A DNA stretch of 64,000 nucleotides from the human T2T-CHM13v2.0 reference genome, Homo sapiens (GCF_009914755.1 NC_060941.1), one strand, 5' to 3'. Counted from the stretch's first letter, positions 14,344 through 29,274 are shown. The notes: a model not told the origin generated them from the letters alone. Numbers and translations are program-made.

Positions 14344-15590
14344 GAGAGTTCCACTTCCAGTAAGGCTAAGTAAGTTCCTGACAGACTAACCATCCTGCAG
14401 AAACCTATTGTAAACCCTGGACAAAATACAAAAAAAAAAAAAAAAAAAAATACAATTGAAGCTTCTGGAAAGTGAATATGACCAGGCAAATTCTGGAGAT
14501 CTGTCAAAACTTGGAAGAAGGACCCAACATAGGATAAGTTTCCTGTTTGTCCTACTTTTAGATTGTTGGCAGGACCCAGGGCTGGGACTAGGATAAGGCA
14601 ACAAGGTACCCTGGGTGCACCTCCCTCTTAAGGAGGCTCAGTCTCAAGTAGTGACCCTGAACTTGCATGAGCCTGAGGGAGGGTGTTTCCTTAAATTTTG
14701 TATGTAGACACTACTTGCCTCACTCTACTCCAAACCCTAGCAGGACACTTAGAGTGGTAAAACTGATAACTTGCAGTCTTTCTGGCCTATAGAACTAGCA
14801 TATGAAGTTTGGGACAACTGGAAAGGCAGAGGGGAAATCCCGGAAAGAAGAGCACTGGAGACAGAGACCCCCAAATTCTGCATATAAACTCTGTCCAAGC
14901 TTCTGGGTCTGACCCCAAACTACACAAATATAGGGCGCATTGCAAACCACCCAGCAAAGGGGAATGGGGAGGGAAACTGAACTGAGGTTTTAGCTGCTGC
15001 CTAAGAAATAGAACTTACTGCTTGAGTCCAACCAACTAAATGACCTGCCAAAACAAAAAGATTAACATGCTTCAGAGTAGTGTAACAGAATCCAGAGTTT
15101 TTACAGTATAATGTTTATAATTTCCAGAAAACAATCCCAAATTACTCAGTGTGAAAACAAAAAACAGGAAAATGTAACTCATTCTCAAGAGAAAAGACAG
15201 TCAACAGATGCCAACCTCCAAAAGACCAGATGTTAAAATAAGGACTTTAAAGTGCTTGTTATACCTACATGCAATGAAGCGAAGGAAAACATGCTCATAA
15301 TGAATGGAAAGAGAAGATCTCTAAGCAGAGAAATAGAAATAATTGTGTAAAACTAAATGGAAATGCTAAAAGTATAATACCTTTTAAAAAATCAGAACAG
15401 TTGGCTGCCTCTTGGGGCACAGAAGTAGAAATAAACAGGAATGGGATATTTCTGGGGTGGTGGTAATATTCTATACCATGATTGGGGTTTGGGTTGCACA
15501 GGTGTAAGCATTTGTGAAAATTCAGTAAATATACACTTAAGATTTGTACATTTCATTGTAAGCAAATTTTACATCAAAAGAAAGAATTTC
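14344..15590 (+). mobile_element. Old L1 (L1M/L1ME-type): 5' region and ORF1 start joined to a 3' terminus
   Basis: cacttccagt..accctggacaaaatac 5' motif; caggaaaatgtaactcattctcaagagaaaagacagtcaacagatgcc ORF1-start motif; 3' end cacttaagatttgtacatttcattgta..ttttacatcaaaa. Confidence 0.65.
14577..14739 (+). mobile_element. MER91-type hAT MITE
   Basis: Termini cagggctgggactagg...ctactccaaacccta; 8-bp TSD gcaggacc/gcaggaca. Confidence 0.75.
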
Positions 15591-15937
15591 TGGATAGATC
15601 TCCCAACTGAAGAAATCCCTAAATCAAAGACCTGCTAACAGCTAGACAAGGAGATTCTGGTGCGTGACTGTTGTCTCTGAAATCATTCCAAAGTGCTTAC
15701 TGGGTTTCTATATTCCATAGTGATGAGCATTGCAGGTAGAAGGAACAGTATCTGGAAAAGCAGAGACGAAAAGAAGTCTATAGCATGCTCCAGGAAATAA
15801 CTCAGTGGATGACATTAAGTGGGACTGACACAGCATAAAGATGAAAGGAAGATTGCAGCCATTTTGTAATGGGATTTCTCATACTGCAGCTTTTTTAATG
15901 GGATTGCACATACTACTGGTTCAGGATATTTCCCCTG

Positions 15938-16392
15938 CTTTTTAAAATTGAGATATAATTTACATACAATAAAATGTAAGTGTACAATTCACTGAGTTTT
16001 GACAAATGTAGACAGCTGCATTATACTACCACCATCATGCCCTAGAATATTTCCATCACCTCACAACCTTTCCATGTGCTCCTTTGTAATCTATTCCCTG
16101 CCATCCCTTGTCCCAGGCAGCCCTTGATTTGCTTTCTATCACTGTAGTTTTGCCTTTTCTGAAATGTGGAATAAATAGACTATTAAGTTTCTAGCTTCTT
16201 CCACTCAGTGTAGGGCTTTTGAGATTCATCCTTGTATGCGTAATGTTGAGTGGTATTCCATTATATTGTTATGCCACAGTTTATCCAGTCACCAATTGAT
16301 GGATCTTCCAATTGTTTTCAATTTGGAGCTAGTATGAATAAAACTGTTGTGAACATTCAAGGATGTGACTTTCTGGGGATGCATGTTTTCAA
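15938..16392 (-). mobile_element. L1ME/L1MC 3' end
   Basis: aattgagatataatttacatacaataaaatg..gtgtacaattc..gagttttgacaaatg...atgaataaaactgttgtgaacatt. Confidence 0.8.
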
Positions 16393-17542
16393 TGGTCTTT
16401 CAAGATTATTGAAAACATGGATTGACATATGTTAATCCATCCATGGATGGATTTAAATGATTAAATTTTTTGAGTGATAAACTATACAGTCAGAACCTAT
16501 ATTCTTTGCAGAAGAGAAAAAGCAAAATTGGGGTCACTTTTATTTAAGTTTATAACTCTTTAATGTAATGATTATTGAGTTATCTAACTTCATGAGAGCT
16601 ATTATTTGAAAAAATAACCCTCTATGAAGGTGTTTTTATTGTTTTTCTTTAAATCTTTTTAAAAACACATTTAAAATTTTCAAGCATCCTCTTAAAGGCA
16701 AATGTCTTCAGGGATTTTTTATGATTTTTTTCCACATTTTACCTGAAAGTAATGTGAGATTGTTAACAGATTTTCAGATAAACTTTTTTTAATTTAAAGG
16801 ACAAAGATAATAACAACAAATGCTACATGATTAGGGATCAGTGGTGTTTAGAGTTTCATTATGTATGTTCATTTATATTCAAGGTCGGAAACAGCAATGA
16901 TCTTGACTTCATTTCATCTAGTCTGTGACAGCATTTCTAAAATTGTATGTCTATTGATCCTCCTTACCCTGTTGTCAAAATCCACAAATAACAGTTGTAC
17001 AAATATTTATAAGTTCCCCTGGTGAGTACAAAGACCTCATAACAACAGTAAAATTTCAAATATGTGCAAGATTCACTAAATCATCAGTCTTCATGGGAGG
17101 CAAATTTCTACAGTCAGTCAACAGATAGTTCTTGAGTGCCCACTATGTGTGAGATACTGTCCTGAATCTGGGTCCCATTATACCAGATCTCTGACAGTAG
17201 ACATTCAACAAATGAAAGTCAAAAAAGTGTTGAAGTTTCTGGCAGATCCAGAGTCTGGGCAGGTAAGGAGGGAGAGGCACTGCTGAGAGTGTTCAGGAAG
17301 TTACCACGCTGGGTGAATGTGAGGGAGATTTTAACCCGTTGTACCAGAGATTGCTTGGATGAGATTCCAAATCAGATTGAGAGGTGGGGTCTGGAAATTT
17401 GAGTCTACCACCCCCAAACCCACTTTACCTGCACAACTTTACTGTGCCTAACTTTGGCCTCCTATAATCCCTTTTATGTATCTCTCTCTTCCTTCTTTTT
17501 AAAATATAGTCGATAACTGGACACAACTATAAGATTTCATAG

Positions 17543-17864
<322 letters not shown>

Positions 17865-17876
17865 TGTAAGGATTCT

Positions 17877-18177
17877 TTTTTTTTTTTTTTTTTTTTTTGA
17901 GACAGAGCCTCGCTTCCTTACCAGGCTGGAGTGCAGGGGCACAATCTTGGCTCACTGCAACCTCCATCTCCTGGGTTCAAGTGATTCTCCTGCCTCAGCC
18001 TCCTGAGTAGCTGGGACTACAGACACTCGCCACCACACCCGGCTAATTTTTGCATTTTTAGTAGAGACAGGGTTTCACCGTGTTGGCCAGGATGGTCTCG
18101 ATCTCTTCACCTTGTGATCCGCCCGCCTCGGCCTCCCAAAGGGCTGGGATTATAGGCGTGAGCCACCGCTCCTGGCT
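17877..18177 (-). mobile_element. AluSc-like
   Basis: Full antisense dimer, gatggtctcgatctc; ggattctttt on both flanks (TSD). Confidence 0.92.
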
Positions 18178-18395
18178 GGATTCTTTTTTTTCTCTCTGCT
18201 CTCTCTTCTTACCTCTGGCTTCTCATTCTCCTGCCTTCTTTCTTCCCTTTTCCCCTCTTTTTCTTTGATCATTTTCTCTCCCTCATTAACTGACCACAAG
18301 ATGAAATAGAAAACTATTTTTTTAATGTTCCAGGTTTATTGGGAGAAAATGTTTATAATCCCATGACAAAAAAAAATAAAGAAAACTAAAATTAA

Positions 18396-18572
18396 GGTAG
18401 GTGCCATGGCACATGTCTGTTGTCCCAGCTATTCATGAGGCTTGAGGCAGGAAGATCCCTTGAGCCCAGGAGTTTGAGTCCAGCCTGGGCAACACAGGGA
18501 TATTTTATTTCTCAAAAGAAAGAAAGAAAGAAAGAAAAGAAAAGAAGGAGGGAGGGAGGGAGGAAGGAAGGA
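18396..18572 (+). mobile_element. FLAM Alu monomer with (AAAG)/(GGAA) tail
   Basis: gaggcaggaagatcccttgagcccaggagtttgagtccagcctgggcaaca; ctaaaatta repeated on both flanks. Confidence 0.8.
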
Positions 18573-18711
18573 ATCCTAAAATTAGTTAAGTTCTTTTTAT
18601 TTTTATGTAACCTTTGAAATATTTTTCTTAGTTACATTTTCCTTCCTAGAAACAACAAAAAAGTGTCCCATCTCTAATTTAGACATTGTATAAAATAAAT
18701 AATAGGAGCAT

Positions 18712-19293
18712 TGTGGTAGGCAGAATTCTCAGGTGGCACCCATATTCCTGGTTCCTGGTGTACACACACCTTCTGTCAGTTATTTAACCAAATACTAATC
18801 TAGGTGCTGCTGTGAAGAGATTTTGCATATGTAATTAGTTAACCTTAAGACAAAGAGATTATCCTGGTGGGCCTGACCTACATGAGCCTTTAAATCTGAA
18901 TCTCGAAATCAGAGACAGAGAAGTCATATTAGAAATATGTAAAGGACTCTATGTGTCGCCACTTAAGATGGACTGAAAATGGAGGGGTCACATGGCAAGG
19001 AATGCCAGCTACTTCTAGGAGCTGAGAGTGGCCCCCAGCTGATGGCCAGCAAAAAAACAGGGACCTCTACAGCTGCAAACTGAATTCTGCCAACAACATC
19101 AAAAAATTAATTTGAAAATAAATTGTTCCCCAGATACTCCAGATAAAAACTTACCCCAGCTGACACCTTGATTTCCGTCATGCCATGCCAGACTTTCAAC
19201 CTACAGAACTTTCAAGAACTTGGATCTAATGGGTGGGTGTTGTTTTAAGCTGCTAAATTTGTGGTAATATGTTATGCAACAGTAGAAAACTGT
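18712..19293 (+). mobile_element. MLT1E-type MaLR LTR
   Basis: tgtggtaggcagaattct...ctaggtgctgctgtgaagagattttgca...tttaagctgctaaatttgtggtaat..gcaacagtagaaaact. Confidence 0.85.
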
Positions 19294-19339
19294 TGCTATA
19301 AAAGTATAAACAGTAGGTATGTTTTCTTGAAAGCTTTTA

Positions 19340-20270
19340 TCTTTTTTAATTGACAAATGATAATTGTATATCTTTATAGAGTACAATGTGATGTTTCAGT
19401 ATATACATACATTATGGAATGATCAAATCAGGCCAATTAACATTTTCATCACCTCATATACTTATTTCTTTGTGGTAGAACATTTAAAATCTACACTTTT
19501 AGCAATTTTGAAATATACAACACATTCTTATTAATGACGGTCACCATGCTGTGCAATAGATAACCAGAATTTATCCCTCCTATGTAACTGAAACTTTGTA
19601 CCTTTGACCAACATTTCCCCTTTCCCTGTCCCTCCCCACCTGCCTCTGGTAACAACTATTCTACTTTTCATTTCTATGAGTTTGACTTTTTAGGTTTCAC
19701 GTATAAGTAGAGGTCATGTCACAGTTGTCTTTCTGTGCCTGGCTTATTCCACTTTGCATAATCTCCTCTAGATTCACCCATGTTGTCCCAAATGACAGAA
19801 TCCTTTCCTGAGGCTGACAAGATTCCATTGTCATAATATCACATCCATTCATCTGTTGATGGGTGATATCTTGGCCATATCATGATGTTTCCATGTCTTG
19901 GCTATTGGGAGTAATGCCGTAACTAACATGGGCATTCAGACATCTCTTCAACATACAGATTTCAATTTCTTTGGGTATATACCCAGAAGTGGGATTACTG
20001 GATCATATAGTAATTTTAGTTTTAGTTTTTGAGGAACCTACGTACTATTTTCCAAAATGGATGTACTAATTTACATTCCCACCAACAGTGTACAAGGATT
20101 CTTTTTTCTCTGCATTCTCACCAATGCTTATCTTTCATCTTTTTGATAATAGCCATTCTAACAGGTGTGAAGTGATATCTCATTGTGATTTTATTTTGCA
20201 TTTCCCTGATGATTATTCATGGTGAATCACTTTTATACATCTGTTGGCCATTTGTATGTCCTCTTTTTAG
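19340..20270 (-). mobile_element. L1MA 3' portion
   Basis: taattgtatatcttta..gtacaatgtgatg...gggtatatacccagaagtgggatt...aatttacattcccaccaacagtg...tggccatttgtatgtc. Confidence 0.92.
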
Positions 20271-20727
20271 AATTCTGGTATGCTGGTATGGGGTACTCTT
20301 AGAAACATGGTATGGTAGTATAAAGTGAATGACATCCCATAGGGATATTTATGAAATCACCTTGAGACACACTAATTTCTCTGTCAGTTTTGAATCTAGC
20401 ATTTTGACTTAATTAGCAAGCTGCTGTTCCTATTTTCTTAGATCAAGTGTGTCTACCTATTGCTCTCAGGCAACCTGTTACAAGCAAATGGTAGTGTCCA
20501 TTTTGAACTATCAGACATGCTGCTATTACTCTTAACCAGTGTAAATCAAGCTTGCTGGATAGCAACTTTACCACCTCTAACCACTAAATCAGTTTTCCTG
20601 AATAGAACAGAAAAGAGAAGGTGCATTTTTTTCCCAATAGTTCCATTAATTCATGTTCGACAGCCACTGGCCCCTTAATATTTTTATTATTGTAATAACA
20701 GCAGTGCTCCCCCCACCCACCCCTGCC

Positions 20728-20973
20728 TTAAGACAGGGTCTGGCTCTGTCACCCAGGCTGGAGTGCTGTGGTGCCATCTAGGCTCACTACAACTCTCTGT
20801 CTTCCAGGCTCAAGCGATCCTCCCACCTCAGCCACCTGAGTGTCTGGGACTATAAGTGCATGCCACTATGCCTGGCTAATTTTTTGCATATTTTTTTCCT
20901 GGACTCAAGTGATCTACCTGCCTCAACTTCCCAAAGTGCTGAGGTTACAAATGTGAGCCACTGCACCTGGGCA
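20728..20973 (-). mobile_element. AluJ with internal deletion
   Basis: Antisense Alu lacking about 40 bp of the left arm. Confidence 0.85.
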
Positions 20974-21143
20974 ACAGCAGTTCTTTAAAAACATCATGTT
21001 ATCTTTGTGTACTGAAATAAATTAGAGCTCCTCCCCTCTTCATCTCTGTAACCCATAAGGAAAAGAAGAATATCAACTCTTGGGGAAAATAATGCAAATA
21101 TTTAAGCATATTCTTTTACAGCCTCACTTTCAATTATCTTATT

Positions 21144-21438
21144 GTTATTATTATTATTTGAGACGGAGTCTCGCTGTGTCCCCCAGGATGGAGTATAGTG
21201 GTGTGACCTCAGCTCACTGCAACCTCTGCCTCGGGGTTCAAGCAGTTCTTCTGCCTCAGCCTCCTGAGTAGCTGGGATTACAGGTGTGTGCCACCACGCC
21301 TGGCTAATTTTTGTATTTTTAGTAGAGACGGGGTTTCACCATGTTGGTCAGGCTGGTCTCAAACTCCTGACCTCATGATCTGCCCTCCTCAGCCTCCCAA
21401 AATGCTGGGATTACAGGCATGAGCCACTGTGCCCGGCC
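21144..21438 (-). mobile_element. AluS (Sg-like) with perfect 13-bp TSD
   Basis: Full dimer; TSD caattatcttatt at 21131-21143 and 21439-21451. Confidence 0.94.
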
Positions 21439-21559
21439 CAATTATCTTATTAAACACCCTTTCAACATCTTTTTCTAAAGAACTCTCCTCCCAAATTTTA
21501 CATCCTATTGAATAGTAGGTATTTGTATAAATATAGATACTTGGTAAACATTGATTCCT

Positions 21560-23235
21560 TAATTCAGCAACTAAGAACCTATCATGTGCCACAAGAATAC
21601 TGGCAGTGAAGCAATGAATGAACAGTACCTCCTCTCATGGAATTTGCATCCTAGTAAGGAAAGAGAGAGGAAAGAAACCAGGTTGAGGGGGATAATGAGT
21701 GTCAGAGGCTGGAGAAGAAGGGAGCTGGCTCTTTTATGAGTGACTAGGGAAGGGATCACTGATTGAACGACACTGAGCAGACCCTGAAAGGAAATGACAG
21801 AGTGAACCATGCATTCAAAGGGAACAGCTCTCTAGGCAGAAGGGCTAGCAAGTGCAAAGGCCCTGAAGCAGGAACATACTTGTTATGTTCAAGGAACAGT
21901 ATGAGACCAATGCAGCTGCAGCACATTGAACATAAATAATTAAGAAATGAAGTCAGAGAAGTTGGAGATGGGGGAGCCAGGTCATGTAGAAGGAACATAA
22001 TCTGACTTTTTGTTTTTTTAATGATGCTGCCTACTAGTTTGAGAGTAGACTGTGGCAGGGATACCAGTTAGAGTGCTATCAGAATAATCTAGGTAAGGGA
22101 TGGACCAATTTAATAAAGCTAAAAGTTGTGGGAAGTGGTCAAATTCTGTAACTAATTTGAAGACAAAGCCACCAAGATATGCTGGTTGATTACATATGGG
22201 ATGTAAAAGAATGAAAAGGGTCAAGGATGTGTCCTAGGCCTGAGCAACTGGAAGGATAGAAATTGATGGGGAGAGCTGAGAGGCGAGGTTTGGGTGAAGA
22301 GTCAGGAGATCAGTAATGGGCACCTTCAGTTTAAAAGTGATACAATGATAGAGGAAGAGAGGGCATGCACCTGAATTTGCCAGTTTGGAAATCAGGAGAG
22401 AGGTCCAGACTGGGGATAGAGAATTCTGGGTCACGTATGAATAGTATTTAAATAGAAACTGGATGAGATCACCTAACAAATGAGTGTACGCAGGAAAAGA
22501 ACAGAAAGGAAGGACACAGAGGAGTTGAAGAACCAAGCCTTGGAGCAGTCCAACTTTTAGAGACTGGGGAGATGAGAAGATACTAGCAAATGAGCAGAGA
22601 AGAAACAGCCAGTGACAGAGGAGAACCTAGAGAAAGCTGTGTCTTTGCAGTCGAATAAACTGTTCCAAGGAGGTAGTGATCAACAGCATCACATACAGTC
22701 ATAAGTGAAGGAAGCTGAGGACTGAAAATTGACCTTTGGACATAAAGTGACAAGAGCTGTTTTAGCGGCATAGGGCAAATGGTAGCCTCACTAGAGTTGA
22801 TTTAAAAGAGAATAAATGAAAAGATGGGAATTGAATGTAGACAAATCCATTTTTGTAAGGTTTTTGTAAGGTTTAGTTATAAAGTAGAGCAGAGAAATGG
22901 AGTAGTAGCTGCAAGGAAATGTGAGGGCAAGACAAAGTTTTGTCTTTAATTTTTTTTAAGATAGAAGATAATTACAGCTCATTTTTATGCCCATGGTAAT
23001 GACCCAGTACAGGGAGGGAACATAGATGTTAGGGAAGAAAGCGGACAATTGTTGGATTGAAGTTTTGAGTAAGTAAGATGGGAGGATTGCATGAGGTATG
23101 ACCACAGAGAAAAGCGGAGTGTGTGAATAGTTGGTGGATGTTATGGTGGGAATCTAGAAGTTCTCTTTCTGCTGCTTCTGTGTTCTTAGTGAGGTAAGAA
23201 GCAAGGTCATCAGCTACAAGAGGATAGGGTGAATG
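21560..23235 (-). mobile_element. Long L2 (L2a-like) fragment
   Basis: aattcagcaac..aacctatcatgtgcc; gcaagtgcaaaggccctgaagcaggaa; ggatgagatcaccta; gagctgttt - continuous L2 homology. Confidence 0.85.
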
Positions 23236-24884
23236 TACTGAAAGGCTTTTTTTTTAATGAAGTACACAGTTATTTTATATGAAATGTATTATGAGATAAC
23301 CATGAAAACTATCTCTTACCATAACAAATTTAAAGTGTTTAGCTTAGCACTTGATGTACAGTAGATGTAAAAAAAATGCTTTACTGTAAAACAAAATTGG
23401 GATCAAATTTTCATTTGATTTGTGACATGAAGATCCATTATTTCATCCAAAACAATTATATATAACTTCAGAATTTCTGGAGAAATTGATGTATGGGGTG
23501 GGGAGCCCTTTAAAAGTAAGAAGTTGGGCTGAGGAGAGTCAGATGTGTTATTCATCATTACTCTCTACATTGATTAAATTTATTAGATGACTAATCATAA
23601 CCAAAGATTGTTGGCAGGAGAGAGTATGAGAAGATCATTTCATCCTATTATTCAGCTCTGTCTTTAGGCTGATCTCACACTCTCCTGAGGAAAGCTTCAG
23701 CAAGTTTTATGCTGAGTTTCATTAGTGCACAGAATAAAGTCCGTTGTATATTACTGCTTTTAAGCAAAACAAATCAAAGTGCCTTAGCCCAGATCATTCC
23801 CCCAGCATTATATAATATAAATGCCCAGAAACAACTGCTGGGGAAATCCCACATTCTCATCTTCAGTCTAGGTCATGGGATCAGAGTTAGAATGTAAGAG
23901 AAAACATTTAAACTGGCCCCTTAAATGTCTGTACATCAGAGTTCAAGGAAGTGACTCCACAATGTAGCTGAGAGTGAGAGAACTCCAACTGTAAAAAAAT
24001 ACTGAATTTTGCATCTATTGGGAAGATAAATGCAGAAAATGAATGTTGGCATTTCCCCTTCTCTTTTATTGGTAACTGGTGTAGTATATGTTGGCAAAAA
24101 GAAATAGTGACTGACAGATAAAGTAGACTGTGAACCACCAAATAACCTCTAGAAATTTTTAACAATGATGTTCCTTTAATATATTATAGCTTTTCAATTG
24201 CCGGATAAGTGACTTCTAACTAGAAATAGCTCATATCTAATTACGTTAACATTTTAACTTTTAAATTTGGGATGCACAAAATATGTAAAATTATATATGT
24301 ATATATGTCATTTGCTTTTTTTTCCTCAAACAACAATGATGTATATAACCAGGTGGTAAAACAATCAAGTCACAGATCCAAAATCATGTTTGTTAATACA
24401 CAGCATTTTTGCAAGACCAATATTAAGGAGTGTTTAAATCACAATTCAGAAAATATATACATTTTTTCAATTATTTTCTTAGAAATTATTTTAATAGTTG
24501 AAATGCTGCATTATTTGGTTATTTATAGGTGGCAACCATCTCTCACTATACTAGATTCCTTTTTCATAGGAAAATTAGCTAGTAGTTCTTTTTAAATTGG
24601 CACTGCAGTTCAGACCTACAAATTAACTTGTACAATTGTAAACATGTAATGTCTCTAAAATACACTGCTGTGTGGTGAAGCCTAGAAATTATTTCAGTTC
24701 CTTTTAAAAGAACATTGCTCTTTTAAATAATAATGCACAAATAATGGATAATAATGCACAAATTGAGACGTTGGGAATCTAGTTTACTTTTTGTGTTCTT
24801 CAAAGAGTTAGGCAAAAGTATTATTTGATTGTTTTAATTTTGACTATTGGCAGTGCAAACAGGAGTTAGGGAAAAGAAGCAACA

Positions 24885-25125
24885 CCACAGTGCTTAAAAG
24901 CATAGGCTCTGGCATCCAAATGCTTACATTCAAATCATGACTGCACTATCAGCAGTGTGACAATGGACAAGTTATTTAAACTTCTTTATCCCTCAGTTTC
25001 GTCTCTGCAAAATGAGGTTAATAACAATATCTATCTCAAATTGTTGTGATGTACAATGAATTAATAATATTTATAAACTACCTAGAAGAATGTCAGAAAT
25101 AGTAGAAAGCACTATGTAAACATCT
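24885..25125 (+). mobile_element. MIR
   Basis: ggacaagttatttaaactt..cctcagtttc..tctgcaaaatgagg core. Confidence 0.75.
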
Positions 25126-25282
25126 GATAAACATAGTTGATTGTTAGGGCAACAATTCTTTATGCCTTTGGAAGCTGCTATCAGTTTCATGTAATCATCT
25201 ATTGGATAAAACAGCATTGCTGTCCTTTGATTTTTGGAACTTTCTGTATAACGGGACCAGGGAGCTAAGAGATGGATAGCCA

Positions 25283-25679
25283 CAGTAGTATGTTTGAGCT
25301 GGCTTCTACTGGCTTGCAAGAACTTTGTGAGCCAATTGTCAAACATAATCATTATTAATAATTAAAATATTTAAACTGAAAATTATATTAAAAGAAATGG
25401 TAATAAATATTTTAAAACCTAACCACTTCCTAATTATTTTCCTGCATTTTACAATTGTCTTTGTTCTTGAGGTTATTTACATCTGTTGTATCTAAGAATT
25501 GTATGTCATGGTGTATTACTATGCATTTCTTCCCATCTCCGTATTCAGTGACATCACATTGGTAGCTCGAAATAGGCATAGTATAGTATTTACACTATGA
25601 AACTGAGCAAATGTTGCAAATCAAGGCTTGCCCCCACCCCCAATAGCTGGTTGTTAAAATATTTACCATCACACTACTG
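25283..25679 (+). mobile_element. MER63-type hAT DNA transposon
   Basis: Terminal inverted repeats cagtagtatg / cacactactg; gagctggcttctactggcttgcaagaa..gagccaattg. Confidence 0.75.
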
Positions 25680-26339
25680 GATCAGGGTCAGAGTGTCCCA
25701 TTAGTTTCTGTTATTCTTTTGCTGAATGTTATCATGAGTAAAACAGAGACTGTATTGAGGAAAGGATTGTAAAAAAAAAATGTGCTTACGCCTTAACGGA
25801 GGTTTCCCCTATAAACACTTTCCTATGTTAGGCATCCAAAATACTCTAAAATCACCAGAACCATAAGCAATGAAGAAAGGGCTGTTAATTTCATTACTAT
25901 TAATAACAATGGTCTCCTTTCGTATATCATTGTGTAGTTACATGTTATCTAATAAGGGTATCATGCTAACCCCCTAAGCTAGAATGGTAGCTGTTATCAT
26001 CACTACTATATAAATGACAAATCTATTTATATAGAAAGTTCAGATTCCACAAGATTATTACTTTCCCACGGTTATTCAACTTGCAATTGAAGAACATTAC
26101 ATATGGATTCAGATTTTCTGACTGCAAATCAAGTGAAAATTCCATTTATGTGATGAATGTTATATTCTTTAACAAAGCCTTATTAATTGTGAGTTAGAGA
26201 TATCTCCCCCCACACCTCCATGTTCCCTCCCTCCCTCCCTCCCTCCCTCTGTCCTTCTGCTCTGCTCAGCATGTTGGATGCTAAAAGTTAAACCTATTTG
26301 AGTTTGTAACAATTTTGTAACACTAACAAATGTTTTTCA

Positions 26340-27070
26340 AATACATCTGACTCTGTTATTATAGTATATTTAATCAGCCCCCATTGATGGTTATTTAGAT
26401 TATTTCCAATTTTTTGTTTTTACAATGAACAGTCTTGTCAATAAAACATATCTATAGGATAAGTTTCTACAAGAAAAATTGCTGGATTAAGCTATATGGA
26501 GATCGTTCAACATAGTGATGAAGATCTGGGCTCTTTCCCCTGCTAGCTGTGTGACCTTGGGAAAGTTATTGAAATTTCCTGTGCCTCAGTTCTCTATTGC
26601 TAAAATAGGGATAATAGCAGTACTTCTCATAGATTCTTTGTGAGTATTAAGTGTATTGGTACATGTATGGTGCTTACAACAGTGTCTAGAATCTAACCAC
26701 TCAATAAATGTTAACTCATTATTATTAGCATTGAAAATTTTAGATAGGTATTTACAAGTTTCTCCTCATAAGTGTGTTATACTTAATACTTCCATCAATA
26801 TGAGAATGACTGTCTCTTCACACCATCAATGCTGTGTCTAATTAAACTACTTTTTAATGTTTGCTAATCTGATAGATGAACATGGTATCTCATAATAACT
26901 TTTTATTTCTCTAATTAAGCATGAAGTTAAACATTTTCACATGTGTTCATTTGTGTTTCATGCCCTACATGTTTCACGTTTTGCCTATTTTGTTATTTGT
27001 TATTAATCTTATTATCGATTTGTAGGAATTCTTTCTGCATTAGGGAGTTCAACCTTTTTCTGTGCTATGA
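26340..27070 (-). mobile_element. L1ME fragment interrupted by a + strand MIR (about 26500-26730)
   Basis: cccattgatggttatttagattatttccaatt...aattgctggatta, then MIR core gctgtgtgaccttgggaaagtta, then tttgctaatctgatagatgaacatggtatctc. Confidence 0.7.
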
Positions 27071-28916
27071 CTTACCTTCATCGTGTTCCATATTTTTTTT
27101 GTAGAACTTATTCCTATTTTTAATAATGTCTTTATGTCGATTTCAAGCTTCATATGATCAAGGGTCATGTCTATTTGTTTATCACTGTATATTGAACATC
27201 TAGCAAAATGCTGAACACATAATAAAGGATCAATAAATATTTAATGAATGATACATGGGCCAGATATGACAAAGAAAATATTTGATACATAAATAGACTG
27301 GGAAATTAGAAAGGAACTATTTTGTCTGGAAATGTAATGACTTTGGTTTTGGATATGTTGAGTTTTAGGTAACAGCCACTATTCTAAGTTGAATGTGTTT
27401 AAGACTCTTACTTTGGCAAGATACTCATGAAGATTTTGGAGTCATCACTGTGAAGTTATTGATTCAAAACAGATGATCACTGATGGAAAGAATGTTATGG
27501 GAGGGTTCATAGACAATACTTCTAATCAAAAGCAATTTCAGGTAGTTATAGTTGTCATAACGTTTTTAAAACAAATATGAAAAGAAAAAATAGAAGCATT
27601 GTATATTTCCAAGTATAAAGATATGGTAAATGTAGGAAAATTTTAAAACAATAATGATTATTGAAAAGTATTTAGATAATGTTAGTCATATCCAAATCAC
27701 TTATTATGAAGAAATGAAACCTTTACTAAGGGAAAACTGAGTTCATCAATAAGCTGGTGGAAATCAGAAGTCCTATTTTTGTATAAGGTAGGCTATTTGT
27801 GTTTTTAGTTTGTAATTGGACAGTGATTGTTTTCTATTAGTGAACTATCACTGAGAGATTAATTACTATCATTTTAGTCTCTAGGTCTGTCTTTTATATA
27901 ATAGATTATATGAAATCTGCATGAACTGTAAGAAACTATTCAGTCTCCTAAAAAGAAACACTTATTTTCTCAGAACAGAGAACATCTTCTAAAATAAGTT
28001 ATACATGTTATTTAATATGCAGGGATATCTTTATGGCTGCAGTCACTGAATAACCATTGTGACTTAAATGCCTGTGAATTAGTACCTTTATAAGTCTGTT
28101 ATAAAGTTATAATTCTTTTTTAATAATTGTAAGGAAATAATCAAGGCAGAAATTCTATTCTGATGGCACAGGGGATGTGGTAATCCAATGTTAGTGTCAA
28201 TTTTCACATGATCCTGTAGATTAAAAGATACTGTCTTGAAAGTGTCCACTTTATTTTTATTAGAACGTATCTGTGACTTAAGAAATTAGAAGGACAGACA
28301 CAGTTGTACTGATCAGACAAATTATTTAGCGGGCAAAAATTGTAGTCACATTAGAATAACTTCCTACTTAACTTTTAGCTGCCTTTGTCTTATTGATTGG
28401 AAATCCTGTTATTTCTGAGCATTTTTGTCATGAAAGCAAGGTTCTTAGGTACAGTCATCATTTTCTTCCCTCCAGGTGAGGGGCTTGTCAGTGATGAATG
28501 AAGTAATCTATAAAAGAAGATGCAGAAAGTGTGAAGACAGAAAATAAATCTACTTGAACTGGTGCAGCAGAGCAGTTTATCATGGCGCATCTGGCTGAGC
28601 ATGTGCTTGCAGTGAACACTAGAGGAGACATATAGTGACAGTCACTAAGGGGCTTTTAGGGAAGCCAGTCATTTGCTTAAGCCAGGCTCTAGGAAGTGCT
28701 TATTTTCTACTTATAAGAGGAACATTTGTTCATTAAGAGAGAATAGAAACTTCAAGGTGGCCTGTGTTAATATACAAAGGAAATAGTTACAGAATTTTTG
28801 CTCAAGGTGTGTATGACTTGTGGTAAAAGACTGGAAATAAACACAATGCAAATTGTATTTCTTGGTTTTCATAATTACAAAAACATCATCCTTAGAGTTG
28901 CTTCTCAAAGACTTCA

Positions 28917-29274
<358 letters not shown>

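Noticed and set aside
24272-24595. 107-aa ORF in AT-rich intron
   Set aside because: Low-complexity I/F/N-rich composition typical of chance ORFs; no splice signals or homology.
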